Counted from the stretch's first letter, positions 1-10,942 are shown. The stretch: DNA of 64,000 nucleotides from an uncultured Chthonomonadaceae bacterium (GCA_963817895.1 CAWFQB010000003.1:64001-128000); one strand, 5' to 3'. Numbers and translations are program-made. The notes: generated by a model from the letters alone, not told the origin.

Positions 1-191
1 GTATTCGCGTTACCAACCTTCGCGTTTTTGTTGTCTGCGGGCGGCAGGGTTTTGCTGCCGGTTTTGCCCGTGTTGTAAATGTCCGGGCTGCCGCTGCTGG
101 ACGTATCCGAACCCTGTCCACTCGTTTGCGCCCACGCGCCCGCGCTTGTCGCCAATAATCCCAATATGAGAACCGTTCGCCACGTTTTCAT
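1..191 (-). CDS. N-terminus of an exported hypothetical protein (runs off window start)
   Basis: ATG at 191 with GGAGG RBS upstream; reads MKTWRTVLILGLLATSAGAWAQ..., a Sec signal peptide; no stop before position 1. Confidence 0.7.
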   Translation of the reverse strand, partial: MKTWRTVLILGLLATSAGAWAQTSGQGSDTSSSGSPDIYNTGKTGSKTLPPADNKNAKVGNAN

Positions 192-259
192 TTCGTTTCC
201 TCCCTTACTGATTCCTGTGATTTTGACGTAAATATTTCGGCGAAAGTTCATCTGCCTAT

Positions 260-354
260 TGTCGGAACCATGATTTTGAGGATTTCGAGATTACCATGAT
301 AAGGACCGATTTAATCCTGATAATTCAATAATCCTGAAAATCATGGTTCCGACA
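260..354. repeat. Intergenic palindromic element, 18-bp perfect terminal arms with inner degenerate GATTTT/AATCCTG units
   Basis: TGTCGGAACCATGATTTT (260-277) / AAAATCATGGTTCCGACA (337-354). Confidence 0.85.
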
Positions 355-358
355 GTAT

Positions 359-1780
359 TCAGCGGGCGGGACGGGGAAAGGCGACGATACTGCGGTTGCC
401 TTCTTTATCCAAGGCGCGGACGCCGAACAAAACGTTGTCTTTGGACAGGCCGGGGAAGGTGTACGTGGTGACGTTGCCGACGCGAACAGAATGTGTCCAC
501 AGGGGGGCGGAGGTGTCACGCCAGACCACTTCGTAACCGGCGACATTCGGTTCCGTATTGGCCTGCCATTGCAGCGTGGTATCATTTGTGAGTTGGCGGG
601 TTTGCAGCGCGACGTTACGGGGCGCATCCGGGGCGAGGGCAAGCGTGGCAAGTGTGGCGGCATTCACCCGCGCCACCTGCGCAATGTACGCGAAATCCAC
701 AAATTGCGGCAGGTCGCCGTACTGAATGCCGTTTTCAACCCGCACGTTCTGGTGCTGATGATGGTAATTCTCGCTCGGTTCCGTAAAGCGAACGGCGGGA
801 TAGCCCCGTTCCAGAAACGGAATGTGGTCGCCCCCGCGCAAATAGCGGTCACGCCGATAAATTAAATTCACCTTGAACCCGCGAACGTACTTTTCCCCAA
901 TTTCTTTGATGCTTCGCGCCAGTTGTCGTGAAGGGGCGTCGTTTTCACCGCCAATGCTGCGCCGCAATGTCGCCTCCGCTACGGATTCGTTGGACGGCAC
1001 ACCCTCGGAAAATACCCGCACGGAACGGTTGTCGCGGCTGCCGTCCTGCCCCGTCGAACTTCCGATGATGTCGTTTGTGAGCATGGCTTCCAGATGCAGG
1101 TTTTTCAGCTTCGCCTGCTCCGCAAAGTATGTGGAACCGAGCAAGCCCTGCTCCTCGCCCGCCACCGCCATAAAGACAATCGTCGCGTTGAACCGATGCC
1201 GCGCCATCACCCGCGCCATTTCCAGCACGGCTGCCACGCCGCTGGCATCGTCATTGGCTCCCGGCGCGTCGTCAATCGCGTTGGTCGGGCTGGTACACAT
1301 CGAATCGTAATGCCCGCTTACGACAAGATAGCGGTCGGTGGATTCGGGCTGCGTGCCGCGCAGGGTGGCGACAACGTTGGTCAGCATGGTGGGTTGGGGA
1401 ACGCGGACGGCAACCGGCTGCTCATACGCCTGCAATTCAACCGTCATGCGCCCGTCCGATGTTGCCGCGATTTTGCGGAACTCCCCGGCAATCCAGTCCC
1501 GCGCCGCGCCGATTCCGCGTTTGGGATCGGTTTGCGTGGAAAGGGTGTTACGAGTTCCAAAGCCGACAAGGGCGCGGATTGTCCGCTCGATGTTCTGCGC
1601 GTCAATCTCTCGCGTCATCCGCGCAATGTCGGACGGGGTAGCCGTTACCTGTGTAGCTTTCGCCGCGCCGCCCGACTGCGCCCGCATCGCGCCCCCACCC
1701 ATCATCAGCAATCCCAACAGCGCGAAGCCGCCCGCAAACACGCCATACCTTTTTCCCTGCTTGAAACCGAAGTTGAACAC
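359..1780 (-). CDS. M28 family metallopeptidase, exported, C-terminal FN3-like domain
   Basis: GHYDS, APGANDDASG, AGEEQGLLGS, DIIG and GGDH motifs; likely GTG start at 1780 followed by a signal peptide. Confidence 0.9.
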   Translation of the reverse strand: MFNFGFKQGKRYGVFAGGFALLGLLMMGGGAMRAQSGGAAKATQVTATPSDIARMTREIDAQNIERTIRALVGFGTRNTLSTQTDPKRGIGAARDWIAGEFRKIAATSDGRMTVELQAYEQPVAVRVPQPTMLTNVVATLRGTQPESTDRYLVVSGHYDSMCTSPTNAIDDAPGANDDASGVAAVLEMARVMARHRFNATIVFMAVAGEEQGLLGSTYFAEQAKLKNLHLEAMLTNDIIGSSTGQDGSRDNRSVRVFSEGVPSNESVAEATLRRSIGGENDAPSRQLARSIKEIGEKYVRGFKVNLIYRRDRYLRGGDHIPFLERGYPAVRFTEPSENYHHQHQNVRVENGIQYGDLPQFVDFAYIAQVARVNAATLATLALAPDAPRNVALQTRQLTNDTTLQWQANTEPNVAGYEVVWRDTSAPLWTHSVRVGNVTTYTFPGLSKDNVLFGVRALDKEGNRSIVAFPRPAR

Positions 1781-1826
1781 GCCGCTGCCTTTCTCAAAAC
1801 GAAACTTGCTCAGTGAAACTTGCCGA

Positions 1827-2096
1827 TTAAGAGCCTGCTGCCGTTGTCGCCAGTTCCTTTGTGGCAAAATAACCCCGTTCGCGCATAATTTCGAGCAATT
1901 CTTGCGCATTGCTGGGATGACGTCCACTCAGTATCTGCTCATCATAAAGTTCTTGCTCTGCCGAAGGCAAACCCTCGCGGTATTGAATGGCATGAACAAT
2001 AGCCTCATCAACAGAAACCACCCCTCGCCACGGTCGAGCGCGAAACATCTCTTCCATTTTGGAAATTATCAATTCCTCGTTGTTCACAGCATCCAC
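1827..2096 (-). CDS. Small hypothetical protein (89 aa), overlaps upstream HEXXH gene
   Basis: ORF overlapping 2084..2713 by 13 bp, same strand. Confidence 0.55.
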   Translation of the reverse strand: MDAVNNEELIISKMEEMFRARPWRGVVSVDEAIVHAIQYREGLPSAEQELYDEQILSGRHPSNAQELLEIMRERGYFATKELATTAAGS

Positions 2097-2713
2097 CCCA
2101 AATTTCTAAAGGCTATTTCGATTGCTGAAGCTACGTTGCCAAAATCGTTGTGTTCCCACTGAACATTGCGGAATACGGCTGGCCCATCCAGATTGCGGGC
2201 CGCTTCTATCTCTTCCAACAGCAGGGCGTCACCTGCTCGTATCGCAATGAACTGCGCGTAAGATCGCGCCCATTGTTCCTGCGGTTCAAGCCAGTACAAT
2301 ATCTGATACCGATGCGTTATCAGCAGGTTTGATGAAGAATGTATCGCCGCGCGCAAATCTGTTACCGCTTGCGTGTTGTTCACTGCCTCCATTACTTCAG
2401 CAAGCGGCGAGTAGGTTAAACTGCTGCTGTAGTCCTCAAAGTTTCCAAGCAGATGATCCAGATAATGACCGATTTCATGTGTTACCGTCAACTCAAAATA
2501 CGGGCTAAAACGCGACAACTCAAAATGGCGCGGCTCGTCCTCACGTTCAGGCGCGTAACCGCCAAAACGAGGCCCTTCTGTGATGACAAGCGGCGTGACA
2601 GGCATGTTGGAAACGGCATGAACACTGGCAATTCTATCCAATGCCCGAAATACAACGTCCTGCAAAGGGTCGCGTGGAACCCGTATTCGGCTGCGGAGGG
2701 AGGTAATGTTCAT
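2084..2713 (-). CDS. Zincin-like HEXXH metallopeptidase (LPD1/MPTase-like)
   Basis: THEIGHYLDH and YWLEPQEQWARSYAQF motifs; ATGA overlap with kptA stop. Confidence 0.65.
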   Translation of the reverse strand: MNITSLRSRIRVPRDPLQDVVFRALDRIASVHAVSNMPVTPLVITEGPRFGGYAPEREDEPRHFELSRFSPYFELTVTHEIGHYLDHLLGNFEDYSSSLTYSPLAEVMEAVNNTQAVTDLRAAIHSSSNLLITHRYQILYWLEPQEQWARSYAQFIAIRAGDALLLEEIEAARNLDGPAVFRNVQWEHNDFGNVASAIEIAFRNLGWML

Positions 2714-3274
2714 GCGCGATTCGTGCCGATAAACTCAGGCGGAATAGTGGTGGATAGGTACAGACGCGGTTCGGGATTGTAGAATTTCACGCCCGCCTGC
2801 TGCGCGTCCTGCGCCCGAATAGTTAAAATAGTGGGCTGTGGAGTTCGCCTGCGTCCGACAATAACGGCCTGATCTACGGTTGAGGACAGGTGTACGTACT
2901 GCCGCTGCATGGACTGCAAGCCGGTTTCTAAGATCGCCTGCGCCGCCTGCGCGGTTGTGCCGTGATATAAAATGGCGGGCGGGTCGGCTTCGGGGTACGT
3001 GACGGCTTCGGCAACCGAATGGCCGTAACGCGCCCGTATCTGCCCCTCCACAATCTCATACCGCTGCTTGTCCGAGGCCTTGCACGACTTCGCGGATATG
3101 CTCTTCGCGTATCCAGTGCCAGTTGCGCTGCCTGTTCACCGCCGCCACAAACGTATCCAGCGGCACAAACCCCTCGTCGCCCAATGTCAGCCCGATTTTT
3201 TGCGGCTCATGGCGCAGCACGAGGGACATAAACTTGCTCAACTGCCGCTGCTGTTCGGAAGAAAGAAGACTCAT
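2710..3274 (-). CDS. kptA: RNA 2'-phosphotransferase Tpt1/KptA (frameshift near 3080)
   Basis: SKFMSLVLRH in the first ORF; DKQRYE..IRARYGHS, LYHGT and RQYVHLS in the shifted frame; one extra base in CAAGGCC. Confidence 0.9.
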
Positions 3275-3287
3275 GATAACACTCCGA

Positions 3288-3398
3288 GTTGTTAGGTTGT
3301 TAGGTTGTTAGGTTTTTGCTGTAAAGGGTTCAGTACATATCCTTCGTTTTGAAAAGCGGTCTACCTAACAACTAACAACCTAACAACCTAATAACCTA
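3288..3398. repeat. Inverted pair of octamer tandem arrays (GTTGTTAG)3 ... (CTAACAAC)n
   Basis: Arrays at 3288-3314 and 3364-3398 are reverse complements. Confidence 0.85.
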
Positions 3399-4049
3399 CT
3401 CCTTCCATCCCTGTTCGCCAATCAGCGGCACGAACTGGCACTCTTCCAGCGTTTGCGTCGTGATTTGCCCCTGCGCGTCTTTAACGATTACGGTCAATCG
3501 CTGTACTTCGGCGGTTCCAAGCGGCAGCGTCAGTCGGCCATTCAGGGCAAGCTGCGCCACCAGCGCGTCGGGAACCTGCGGCGCACCTGCGGCAATGGCA
3601 ATGACGTTGTAGGGCGCGTTGGCCTCATAACCTTGCGATCCGTCCCCGACAACGACTGTCACGTTCGCGTACCCTGCATTTGCCAGCGTTTGGCGGGCGC
3701 TTGCCGCGAGATCGGCGTGACGCTCAATGCTGATAACCTGCGCCGCCAGTTCTGAGAGAACCGCCGCCTGATAGCCTGAACCTGTACCCACATCCAGAAC
3801 ACGCTCATCGCCCCGCAATTTCAATTCCTCCACAATCCGCGCCACCATGTACGGCTGCGAAATCGTCTGCCCGTTCCCAATCGGCAGAGCGCGATCCTCA
3901 TACGCCCGTTCCGCCAATTCAGATGGCACAAACAAATGGCGCGGGACACGGCGCATGGCGGCCAGAACGCGCGCATCCGCAATCCCGCGCCCCTGCAACT
4001 GCTCCCTCACCATGCGCTCCCGCGCCTCACTGTATGCCTGCTCGTTCAT
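3396..4049 (-). CDS. pcm: Protein-L-isoaspartate O-methyltransferase
   Basis: VPRHLFVP, QTISQPYMVA, VLDVGTGSGYQAAVL, FVPLIG. Confidence 0.95.
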   Translation of the reverse strand: MNEQAYSEARERMVREQLQGRGIADARVLAAMRRVPRHLFVPSELAERAYEDRALPIGNGQTISQPYMVARIVEELKLRGDERVLDVGTGSGYQAAVLSELAAQVISIERHADLAASARQTLANAGYANVTVVVGDGSQGYEANAPYNVIAIAAGAPQVPDALVAQLALNGRLTLPLGTAEVQRLTVIVKDAQGQITTQTLEECQFVPLIGEQGWKE

Positions 4050-4053
4050 ATTA

Positions 4054-4193
4054 TTTCACCACCAAGACACAAAGAACACCAAGAGGCAGAAAAGGAGAAA
4101 AGGAGAAGAGGAGAAATAAACGGCTTTGCTGCCTTTGCCTCTTTGCAGTTCCTTTTGTTTTTTCCTGGTGTTCCTGGCGTCCTGGTGGTGAAA
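4054..4193. repeat. Palindromic element TTTCACCACCA...TGGTGGTGAAA with nonamer arms and inner GGAGAA(A/G)A array
   Basis: Direct reading; same end sequence as the element at 33395-33529. Confidence 0.85.
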
Positions 4194-4204
4194 ACTCCTC
4201 ATAT

Positions 4205-5764
4205 CTACTTTTGCGCGGTTTCGGGGCGCATGAGCGGGAAGAGAATCACGTCGCGGATGCTTTCGGCTCCGGTAAGGACGAGGGCGAGGCGGTCAATGCC
4301 GATGCCCAACCCGCCCGTCGGCGGCATGCCGTATTCCATCGCCCGCAGGAAGTCCTCGTCCATCGGGTGCGCTTCGTCGTTGCCCGCTTCGCGCTGTGAC
4401 ACCTGCCCCTCGAACCGTTCGCGCTGATCTATGGGGTCATTGATCTCGCTGAAAGCGTTGCCCAACTCCTGCGTCGCCATGTATATCTCGAAACGGCGCG
4501 TCAGGGCGGGATTGTCCGGGCGCTTTTTGGCGAGCGGCGAGGTTTCCGTCGGGAAGTCCGTGATGAACGTCGGCTGGATCAGAGTGGGCTGCGTGTAGAC
4601 TTCGTGCAGTTTTTCAATCAGCCCGCCGAGCGTCTCTTCTTTATCCAGCTCGAACGGCGCTTTCATGCGGCGACACGCGGCTTTGGCCGTTTCCAGATCG
4701 GTCATTTCCTCCGGCTCAATGCCCGCGTACTGCGCAATGCCTTCCAGCATCGGCAGACGCCGGAACGGGCGCGCGATTTCTACGGTCTGTTCGCCATACT
4801 GGAAGGATGGCTTGCCGTTGATCGCCGTGCAGATGGTTTCGTACATCGCCTCGACCAGTTCCATGATGTCTTCCAGATTGGCATACGCCTGATATAGTTC
4901 CATCAGGGTGAATTCCGGGTTGTGCCGGGTGGACATGCCCTCGTTGCGAAACACGCGCCCGATCTCGAATACCTTCTCATAGCCGCCGATAATCAGCCGC
5001 TTCAGGTACAGTTCGAGGGAAATGCGCAGTTTAAAGTCGTGGTCGAGGGCATTATGGTGCGTCATAAAAGGACGGGCCGCCGCGCCGCCCGCCACCAGTT
5101 GCAGCACAGGCGTTTCCACTTCCAGAAACCCCTGATCCTCCAGAAACCGCCGCATGGTGGAAACCACTTTGCTGCGCCGGGTCAGCACATCGCGGGAATC
5201 GGGATTGGCAAGCAGGTCCAGATAGCGATAGCGATACCGCTCTTCTTTGTCGGCGAGCGCGTTATATGTGTTGCCCTCGTCGTCCTGTTTGCCCAACGGC
5301 GCGGGGCGCAGGGCTTTGGCTAGCAGCGTAAACTCCGTGACGTGAATACTGGGTTCGCCCGTGCGCGTGTGGAACGGAAAGCCCCGAACGCCGATGATGT
5401 CGCCCAAATCCAGATCTTTGAACTGCGCAAACGCCGCTTCGCCCAGATCGTTGATACGCGCATACACTTGAACGCGCCCGCTCTCATCCCGAATATCGGC
5501 GAAAATAGCCTTGCCCGCGCCCCGGTGCGCCGTGATACGCCCGGCTGCGGTAAAACTCAGCGCTTTCTGCTCCTCTTCCGGCAATTGCCAGTGCGGCGCG
5601 TCCGGCGCGACAATCTGAGCGGCATGATGCGTGCGCTCGTAGCGCTCCTGCGCGAACGGGTCCTGTCCCTGCGCCCGCAGGTCATTTAATTTACGCAGGC
5701 GCTGCGCCACCAGTTCATCTTCGGGCTGATGATGCGCGGGCAAAGCCTCTACCGGGTCCTGCAT
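4205..5764 (-). CDS. lysS: Lysine--tRNA ligase (class II)
   Basis: RYRYRYLDL, GGAAARPFMTHHNAL, FRNEGMSTRHNPEFT, YGMPPTGGLGIGIDRL. Confidence 0.98.
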   Translation of the reverse strand: MQDPVEALPAHHQPEDELVAQRLRKLNDLRAQGQDPFAQERYERTHHAAQIVAPDAPHWQLPEEEQKALSFTAAGRITAHRGAGKAIFADIRDESGRVQVYARINDLGEAAFAQFKDLDLGDIIGVRGFPFHTRTGEPSIHVTEFTLLAKALRPAPLGKQDDEGNTYNALADKEERYRYRYLDLLANPDSRDVLTRRSKVVSTMRRFLEDQGFLEVETPVLQLVAGGAAARPFMTHHNALDHDFKLRISLELYLKRLIIGGYEKVFEIGRVFRNEGMSTRHNPEFTLMELYQAYANLEDIMELVEAMYETICTAINGKPSFQYGEQTVEIARPFRRLPMLEGIAQYAGIEPEEMTDLETAKAACRRMKAPFELDKEETLGGLIEKLHEVYTQPTLIQPTFITDFPTETSPLAKKRPDNPALTRRFEIYMATQELGNAFSEINDPIDQRERFEGQVSQREAGNDEAHPMDEDFLRAMEYGMPPTGGLGIGIDRLALVLTGAESIRDVILFPLMRPETAQK

Positions 5765-5773
5765 CCCTCTCTC

Positions 5774-6253
5774 CTACTTTCGTATACTGTCAATGCGATA
5801 CTGAAGCGCGCCGTTGGGGACGTGAATAATGACAGTTTGGCTGACCGCTTTGCCCATGATGGCTTCGCCAATGGGCGACTCGTCGGAAATCAGGTCATTG
5901 TCGGGGTCGGCTTCAGCCGAGCCGACGATGGTGAATTCCCACTCATCATCGTTTTCCAGATTGGTCATTTTCACGATGGAGCCGATGCCGACAAAGTCGG
6001 TGGGAATATCCGCGTTTTCCAGCACACGCGCCACTTGAAGCACGCGCCGGATGTCGAGAATCTGGCTTTCCACCAGCGCCTGCTCCTGCTTGGCGTCTTC
6101 GTACTCGGCGTTTTCCGTCAGGTCGCCGAATTGTTTGCTGTCGCGCAGGCGCGCGGACACCTGGGGCCGCAGAACATTACGCAAGTAGTCCAGCCGCTGC
6201 TCCAGCTTCGCGTGTCCGCGCGGTGTCAACACAATATCTGCATCCTGGGACAT
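5774..6253 (-). CDS. greA: Transcription elongation factor GreA
   Basis: GDLTENAEY, EADP..ISDESPIG; ATG at 6253 with GAGG upstream. Confidence 0.95.
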   Translation of the reverse strand: MSQDADIVLTPRGHAKLEQRLDYLRNVLRPQVSARLRDSKQFGDLTENAEYEDAKQEQALVESQILDIRRVLQVARVLENADIPTDFVGIGSIVKMTNLENDDEWEFTIVGSAEADPDNDLISDESPIGEAIMGKAVSQTVIIHVPNGALQYRIDSIRK

Positions 6254-6533
6254 TCCCTCACATCTCCTTGACAACATTGTGAACGCGGTTGTCGCACTCT
6301 CCGAACGCCATTTCAGGGTAATTTCTAACACAAGTACGAATGTTGCAGGCCTGTTTGCGCCCGATTTTGCAGGATTATCGGCGAAATTGTTAATAGGAAT
6401 TAAACAAAAACGCGAAGGCTGTTCCAGTCTTCGCGCCTGCATACACATTCTGAAAGCGAATTTCGTGCCGCTGAGTATACCGCGTCCCTACACGTAAAGT
6501 CAATTGCCGCAACGCGCTTTTACGCGAACCGCC

Positions 6534-6592
6534 TTGACACTCCCGCGACGCGGCTAGTATAATGAATACTCTACTATGTTGACCAATTAGAT
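6534..6592 (+). promoter_or_regulatory. Sigma70 promoter (TTGACA-N18-TATAAT) plus putative Rrf2 operator (6565-6592)
   Basis: Consensus hexamers at 6534-6539 and 6558-6563; operator matches the reverse complement of 12559-12586 at 20/28. Confidence 0.8.
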
Positions 6593-6641
6593 AACCATTT
6601 GCAGGGCCATGCGGATACAGAAGTATATAAGGAGTTTTTCG

Positions 6642-8286
6642 ATGTCGAAAGCCGATGTTGAGGCGATTAAAAAGGCAAAAGACGGTTTGGACGTGTGGGA
6701 CGATGTGCTGCGCTACGCCCAGACCGGTTTTGATACTATAGCCCCCGACGATTTCCCCCGTATGCGCTGGTACGGCATTTATCAGCAGCAGCCGAACGAG
6801 GGCCACTTTATGCTGCGGGTGAAAATTCCCAGCGGCGACCTGAGCGCCAATCAGATGCGGGCGGTTGCGGAAGTGGCGCGAGAGTATGGTGGCGACATCT
6901 CCGATATCACCACGCGCCAGAATTTTCAGTTTCACTGGCTGACCATTCACACCCTGCCGCTTGCCATCGAGAAGCTGCGATCGGCGGGCCTGACCACGAC
7001 GGGAGCCTGCGGCGACATTACCCGCAACGTGTGCGGCTGTCCCGTCGCGGGCGTAGACCCCCACGAACTGATATGACACGCGCCAGATCGTGCAGGACGT
7101 GACCAATTTTTTCCTGGACAACAAAGATTTCTCCGATCTGCCGCGCAAGTATAAAATCTCCATTTCCGGCTGCCCCATCCACTGCAATCAGCCGGAAATC
7201 AACGATCTGGGCATACAGGCCGTGACGCGGGTTCGGGACGGCAAAGAAGAGATCGGCTTCCACGTTCGCGTGGGCGGCGGACTGAGTACGCAGCCGTATT
7301 TCGCGCAGCAGTTGGACATTTATGTGAAGCCGGAACAGGTACTGGATGTGTGCCGGGGCGTGACCGAGATTTTCCGCGATGACGGCTACCGCAAGCGCCG
7401 CAACCACACGCGCTTGAAGTTCCTTGTGGCGGATTGGGGCGCGGAGAAGTTCCGCGAGGCGTTGATTCAGCGTTTGGGCTGGACGCCGGAAGCCGCCGAA
7501 CCCTACGCCGAGCCGGTCGGAACCGTGCAGCAGGACCATCTAGGCATCCATCCGCAAAAGCAGGCGGGCAAATTCTGGATCGGCGTCTCCGTAATTACGG
7601 GGCGGCTGACAACCGCGCAGATGTTCGCGGCGGCTGATATTGCGGATAAATACTGCGAGGGCAACCTGCGCACGACCAACCAGCAGAACTACCTTTTCCC
7701 GCACATTGACGCGGGCCAACTGGAAGCCGCCAAACAGGATTTGCGGAACGCGGGCTTTACGTGGGACGTGTCGGAGTTCCACAAGGGCGCGGTGTCGTGT
7801 ACGGGCAACGAGTTCTGCAATCTGGCGATTACCGAAACTAAGGCCCGCCTGCGCGAGATCGTGGCGCATCTGGAATCGCAACTGCTGTGGGACGAGCCCA
7901 TTCGTATTCACTTGAACGGCTGTCCTAATAGCTGCGGCCAGCATCACATCGGGGATGTAGGCTTGCAGGGCTGCCTTGCCCGCTTGAATGACGGGACGCA
8001 GGTGGAAGCGTATGACGTGTGTTTGGGCGGGCGGTTGGGCGCGGACGCAAAGTTTGTGCGCCCCATTTCGCGCAAAGTGCCTGCCGACAAGGTGAAGTAC
8101 GCGCTGGAAAACCTGCTGCGCGCGTTCAAGGCCAATCGCAAACCGGAAGAAAACTTCGGCCAGTGGGTAGACCGCCATTTGAATGAAGAGTTGGGCGAGT
8201 TCCTCGGCCTGCACCTGCTCGCCAACGACGACCCTACCTGGACGCCCCCGCCCCCGCGTTCTCACGCACCCGTCGGCGTCGAGTAA
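6642..8286 (+). CDS. Ferredoxin-type nitrite/sulfite reductase (frameshift near 7070)
   Basis: RWYGIYQQ, ITTRQNFQ, LPRKYKISISGC, siroheme/4Fe-4S cysteines CTGNEFC and GCPNSCGQH; extra base in CTGATATGAC. Confidence 0.92.
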
Positions 8287-8331
8287 CTTAAACATGTGTT
8301 AGTTTTCATTCTAAACGTGTGCCTTGTTCTG

Positions 8332-8381
8332 AAAAATCCCGTTGTTTACGCCTGTGGGCAGGCATAGACAACGGGATTTTT
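8332..8381. terminator. Bidirectional hairpin terminator between convergent genes
   Basis: AAAAATCCCGTTGTTTA..TAGACAACGGGATTTTT. Confidence 0.8.
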
Positions 8382-8425
8382 GCATCACGGCGCAGGATTG
8401 AAGGACTGTTTTTAGCAGGATGGTT

Positions 8426-9196
8426 TTACTGGATGGTGGGGTTGCGCCGCCAGAAGTTGTTGATGTGCGTTTTGTAAGTCTGCTCCGGCTTGTACCATTT
8501 GGCGTGGCCGTCCGCAAAGCCCACGTTACCGCCGCCCGTGTGTCGCGGGATGAAGCGTGACTGCGTGGTTTCGTCGAATTCCCACGGCTGCGGATACAGG
8601 CCGCCGCGCGACGGGCTGGTATCCGATGTGCGCCCCGCATCGGCAACCACAATGAACTGCGCGGCATAGGTAATCGCGGCGAGCGGCGTTGAGGCATTAA
8701 ATCCAAAGTCCGCCAGTTTGTTCGGGTCCTGGTAATCGGCGCGGTGCGGCGCGTTGCCGGACGGGTCAATGTTGGCTTCGTTCAAATGGCAGCCGTAATC
8801 GGTGGGATACCAGTTGCCCGGTCCAACCACAGGCCAGGGGTACGCGGACGGGCATTTGAAAATCTGCTGATTTTTGGTGTAGGGCTGAATCACCATGCGG
8901 TAACTGTAAGGGGCGCGGGCATCCGCCGTGTCGGGAACGCTCGACGGGGCCTGCCGCTCCGTGACCGTCGGCATAAATCCCTCATCGTAATCCTGCAAAT
9001 ACATGGCAAAGGCCGTGCCGATCTGCTTTACGTTGGAAAGGCAGGCCGTACCCCGCGCTTTCTCCCGCGCCTGCGCGAAAACGGGGAATAGAATAGCCGC
9101 GAGGATCGCGATAATGGCGATGACGACGAGCAGTTCAATCAGGGTGAAGCCCCGAATTGGTGTTCGGCGTTCGGTGTTCAGTCTTAAACGATGCAT
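8426..9196 (-). CDS. Prepilin N-terminal cleavage/methylation protein, DUF1559 / H-X9-DG type
   Basis: [56 protein letters not shown]. Confidence 0.92.
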   Translation of the reverse strand: MHRLRLNTERRTPIRGFTLIELLVVIAIIAILAAILFPVFAQAREKARGTACLSNVKQIGTAFAMYLQDYDEGFMPTVTERQAPSSVPDTADARAPYSYRMVIQPYTKNQQIFKCPSAYPWPVVGPGNWYPTDYGCHLNEANIDPSGNAPHRADYQDPNKLADFGFNASTPLAAITYAAQFIVVADAGRTSDTSPSRGGLYPQPWEFDETTQSRFIPRHTGGGNVGFADGHAKWYKPEQTYKTHINNFWRRNPTIQ

Positions 9197-9242
9197 TGGT
9201 TTTCTCCTCTGTGAGTAGTGAGTAATCTGAAATTCAATACTG

Positions 9243-9270
9243 ACTTAGTCTATTGATTTAGTCGAGTATT
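9243..9270 (-). promoter_or_regulatory. Putative Rrf2 operator upstream of the prepilin-like gene
   Basis: ACTTAGTCTATTGATTTAGTCGAGTATT, 24/28 identical to 12559-12586. Confidence 0.8.
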
Positions 9271-9373
9271 ATTGGTTAAAAACGCGCCCCTCCATGATTG
9301 CCAATTGCCTCATGGTAGAGCGTACTACAAACTTGCTTGCGCTGATGTCCACATGGCGTAACTGAATGGCCGC

Positions 9374-9402
9374 ATACCTGAATACCTGAACACCTGAACA
9401 CC
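9374..9402. repeat. Octamer tandem A(T/C)ACCTGA x3.5
   Basis: Direct reading. Confidence 0.75.
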
Positions 9403-9407
9403 GACGT

Positions 9408-10163
9408 TTACGCCAGTCCCCAGCGTTCGCGGACGCGGTTTTCCAGTTCCATGAAAATGGTGCGGTCTACCAAAAGGCCGAGCGCGACAATGACCAGCAT
9501 CACGGCGATGACGCGGCTCATGTCCGCCAGGTCGCGCCCCGCCTGCAACTGCTGTCCCAATCCCAGGCCGACCACGAGCAGTTCCCCGGACATCAGCGCG
9601 CGCCAGGCGAACGACCAGCCCAGTTTCGCGCCCGTCATAATCGCGGGCAGGCTTGCGGGCAGCAGAACACTCGCATACAGCGCAAGCGGGCGGGTTCCCA
9701 TCGTGCGCGCGGCCCGCTCGTACATGGGAGGCACGTTCTTCACGCCATCCTGCACGGCCACCGTGACCGCCAGCAATGCGCCGGTCACGACCACAAATAG
9801 TATCGCCCGGTCATTCAGGCCGAACCACAGCAGCGCGAGCGGCAGCCAGCAGATGGAAGGCAGGGTTTGCAGTCCAAGCACGAGCGCGCCAATCGTATCC
9901 TGCGCCCATTTCGCCCGCGCCAGCAACATGCCGAGCGGAACGCCCACCAGCAGGGAAACGAAATACCCCAACAACACGCGCTGCAAACTGACGTGAATGG
10001 CGATCCACAGCGAACCGTCGCGATTCATCTGCCATAGCGTATGGGCCACCTGCCAGGGCGAGGGAAACAGCGTCGCGTCCCATATATGCAGTTTAGATAT
10101 TGTCGCCCAACACGCCGTCAACAGGACGAAGAACGCCGCTCTGCGCAGGATGCCAATCCTCAT
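9408..10163 (-). CDS. Sulfonate/nitrate/taurine ABC transporter permease (SsuC-like)
   Basis: FPSPWQV, SLQRV, LQTLPSICWLPLALLWFG, EAA-like RAARTMG. Confidence 0.9.
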   Translation of the reverse strand: MRIGILRRAAFFVLLTACWATISKLHIWDATLFPSPWQVAHTLWQMNRDGSLWIAIHVSLQRVLLGYFVSLLVGVPLGMLLARAKWAQDTIGALVLGLQTLPSICWLPLALLWFGLNDRAILFVVVTGALLAVTVAVQDGVKNVPPMYERAARTMGTRPLALYASVLLPASLPAIMTGAKLGWSFAWRALMSGELLVVGLGLGQQLQAGRDLADMSRVIAVMLVIVALGLLVDRTIFMELENRVRERWGLA

Positions 10164-10936
10164 CGTACTCCTCCCGCCGCGCTTTCTCCATGCCGGCTTT
10201 GAGCGCGTTGGAAATGTTACGCGATACCCCGATGACATCCACATCATCAATAAAGCGGGGACGCGCAGATCTGAATATTAAATACCTGCTGTATGCGTCC
10301 GGGCCGCGAGGACATTAAAGCCACGCGGTCGCCCAGGCACACGGCTTCGCGCACGTTATGGGTGACGAACACGATGGTTTTGCGCGTCCGCTCCCAGATC
10401 TCTTGCAGCACGATATACAAATCTTCCCGCGTCTGCGCGTCCAATGCGGAGAACGGCTCATCCATTAACAGCACTTCCGGGTCGAAGGCAAGGGCGCGGG
10501 CAATCGCCACCCGTTGCCGCATCCCGCCCGAAAGTTCGTGTAGATAGCTGTCTCGAAAACGCGACAGATGTACCAGATGCAGAAAATATGCTGCGCGTTC
10601 CGCCCGCTCTTTAGGAGCCATTCCCATCTGTTTCAGGCCGAACTCCACATTTTTTTGCGCCGACAGCCAGGGGAACAGGCCATGCTCCTGAAACACCACG
10701 CCTCTATCCCGCCCCGGTCCGGTCACGCGCAGGCCATTCGCCAGCACGTCGCCGCTGTCTGCCGGGTCCAGCCCCGCCACAATGTTGAGCAGCGTGGACT
10801 TGCCGCACCCGGACGGCCCGATCAGCACGAGGAACTCGCCCTCCTGAACGTCCAGATTGATGTCGTCCAACGCCAGCACATCATTGCCACGTCCCGCAAA
10901 CCGCTTGCGCACCTGTTGTATGGACAATTTCGCCAT
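10093..10936 (-). CDS. ABC transporter ATP-binding protein (SsuB-like); frameshift near 10265
   Basis: GPSGCGKST, LSGGMRQR, LLMDEPF, FVTH; the RPR-containing C-terminus continues in another frame to TAA at 10093. Confidence 0.9.
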
Positions 10937-10942
10937 AGAAAA

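Noticed and set aside
3288..3314. TTAGG-containing repeats as telomere-like or eukaryotic contamination
   Set aside because: The unit is an octamer, paired with an inverted array between bacterial genes, and fits the local repeat families.
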